From: an uncultured virus (IMG/VR IMGVR_UViG_3300025417_000001)
Taxonomy: Duplodnaviria; Heunggongvirae; Uroviricota; Caudoviricetes
IMG/VR virus record: IMGVR_UViG_3300025417_000001
DNA: 35,649 bases
Reading direction: 5' to 3' (one strand)
Shown: positions 34,829 to 35,649 of the stretch, piece after piece
How the letters are laid out: the number at the start of each line of letters is the position of its first letter
Position numbering within the stretch: the stretch's first letter is position 1
Notes under the pieces: generated by a model
What the model was told of the DNA's origin: nothing
What the model saw: the letters and a program-made list of their open reading frames with translations, nothing else
The model's database searches: none
Program-made: the position numbers and the translations under genes

Positions 34829-34998
34829 TTTAATCTCTTTAGTATAGATACTAGGAAGGGACCAAACCAGAACTGCCACCCAGCATCAGAGCCATCTTTA
34901 TAAATTTTCTTACCTGATTTGATAGTTCTTTTTACTACATGGGGATTGTTGAGGTTATCAAACAAAACCTTTGGCGGCTTTATTACAGATATATTCAT
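34825..34998 (-). CDS. 57-aa hypothetical protein (absent from ORF track)
   Basis: MNISVIKPPK...GWQFWFGPFLVSILKRLK; ATGA overlaps at both ends. Confidence 0.55.
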   Translation of the reverse strand: MNISVIKPPKVLFDNLNNPHVVKRTIKSGKKIYKDGSDAGWQFWFGPFLVSILKRLK

Positions 34999-35177
34999 CT
35001 TGACCTTAATTCTTGCTCTAGACGATTTCCTTCTCTTTGGGCATCTTCTTGGGTATCAAACTTATCAATAACCATCATGGATGTCCTGCCGTTATCCCAT
35101 ATATCTACTAGACAGACCTCCCAGGTTCCTTCGTTCTGCCCTACTGAATAAAAGCTCTTTAATGGTGTTGAACTCAC
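34995..35177 (-). CDS. Hypothetical protein
   Basis: GTG start overlapping upstream TGA. Confidence 0.55.
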   Translation of the reverse strand: MSSTPLKSFYSVGQNEGTWEVCLVDIWDNGRTSMMVIDKFDTQEDAQREGNRLEQELRSR

Positions 35178-35299
35178 TCTAACCCCTTCATAGTATCCCT
35201 ACAGGATTTTACATCTATGGCTTCATTTACTGCCCTGCACTTTACACAGTGCCACCCAGCAAAAGCACGATAGACGATTCTATGTCCGTTTACAATCAT
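35174..35299 (-). CDS. 41-aa CxxC microprotein (absent from ORF track)
   Basis: MIVNGHRIVYRAFAGWHCVKCRAVNEAIDVKSCRDTMKGLE; GAGGA RBS, ATGA overlap. Confidence 0.55.
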   Translation of the reverse strand: MIVNGHRIVYRAFAGWHCVKCRAVNEAIDVKSCRDTMKGLE

Positions 35300-35529
35300 T
35301 CCAATACATCCTCAATAGCTTGGATAGTTGGGCAGGGGTAAAGGTAGTTCTTATTCAACTCATCATGGTCGTTAGGCTCTAGGCAGTGAGAACATTGATT
35401 TCTCCAGTCAGGAGTATGTAATTCCACTACTGCACGTAGGGAATAAAGTATTGGGATTGCACCAAATGTTAGGCTAGGTGAATAAGTAAGAGATGGTGTT
35501 AGTCTTGCTAACAGTTCATCGTGGGTCAT
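35296..35529 (-). CDS. Actinophage-type small Zn-binding protein
   Basis: LRAVVELH.P...CSHC...YPCPTIQAI. Confidence 0.7.
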   Translation of the reverse strand: MTHDELLARLTPSLTYSPSLTFGAIPILYSLRAVVELHTPDWRNQCSHCLEPNDHDELNKNYLYPCPTIQAIEDVLE

Positions 35530-35648
35530 TTCAGCACCTTCTCAAAAGCCTTTTCAACTAGGGCAATAGCAATAAATTGTGGAATAAACTCAAAAGTTCC
35601 ACCTTCTGTTTCTATTGGATAAGTTGTAGTTGCAGAGAGCAATCCAAC
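35526..35648 (-). CDS. 3' end of a hypothetical gene (truncated by window edge)
   Basis: Open frame ...TYPIETEGGTFEFIPQFIAIALVEKAFEKVLK, ATGA overlap with next gene. Confidence 0.5.
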   Translation of the reverse strand, partial: VGLLSATTTYPIETEGGTFEFIPQFIAIALVEKAFEKVLK

Positions 35649-35649
35649 A

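Noticed and set aside
1..35649. tRNA genes, introns/inteins, integrase or stop-codon reassignment
   Set aside because: No cloverleaf seen in the short intergenic gaps; terL, portal and capsid are uninterrupted and of normal size; all three stop codons end genes with tight packing

Overview
Late/structural region of a tailed dsDNA phage, almost entirely on the minus strand. The host is most likely an actinobacterium: the window has WhiB, an actinobacterial-type secreted transglycosylase, a DUF7455-like Zn protein, an LRPNGG membrane protein and leaderless genes. The modest GC content suggests a low-GC freshwater acI-like host (inference). In transcription order (right to left) the window holds: (1) small Zn-finger, membrane and Lys-rich proteins plus ParB-like, HNH and HAD-like domains; (2) a large PA14/Pro-rich surface protein, two membrane proteins and a CHAP endolysin; (3) DUF6321 and a split-PASTA protein; (4) an inverted transglycosylase+whiB island; (5) holin-like genes, a KTSC protein, terminase large subunit, portal, scaffold, N4-gp56-type major capsid and a head-tail adaptor; (6) three collagen-like fibre genes with an EndoVII nuclease inserted among them; (7) a beta-propeller glyco-enzyme plus TPR-FkbM methyltransferase cassette; (8) a repeated stalk/adaptor/Gly-rich tip/chaperone gene array. 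Best candidates for novelty: a phage-encoded glycosylation/methylation system for Pro-poor Gly-X-Thr collagen fibres, a ~65-nt anti-Shine-Dalgarno small RNA upstream of terL, an ATT-initiated surface-display cassette coupled to the endolysin, and about ten microproteins missed by the ORF track. All family calls are from motif recognition by eye; no searches were run.
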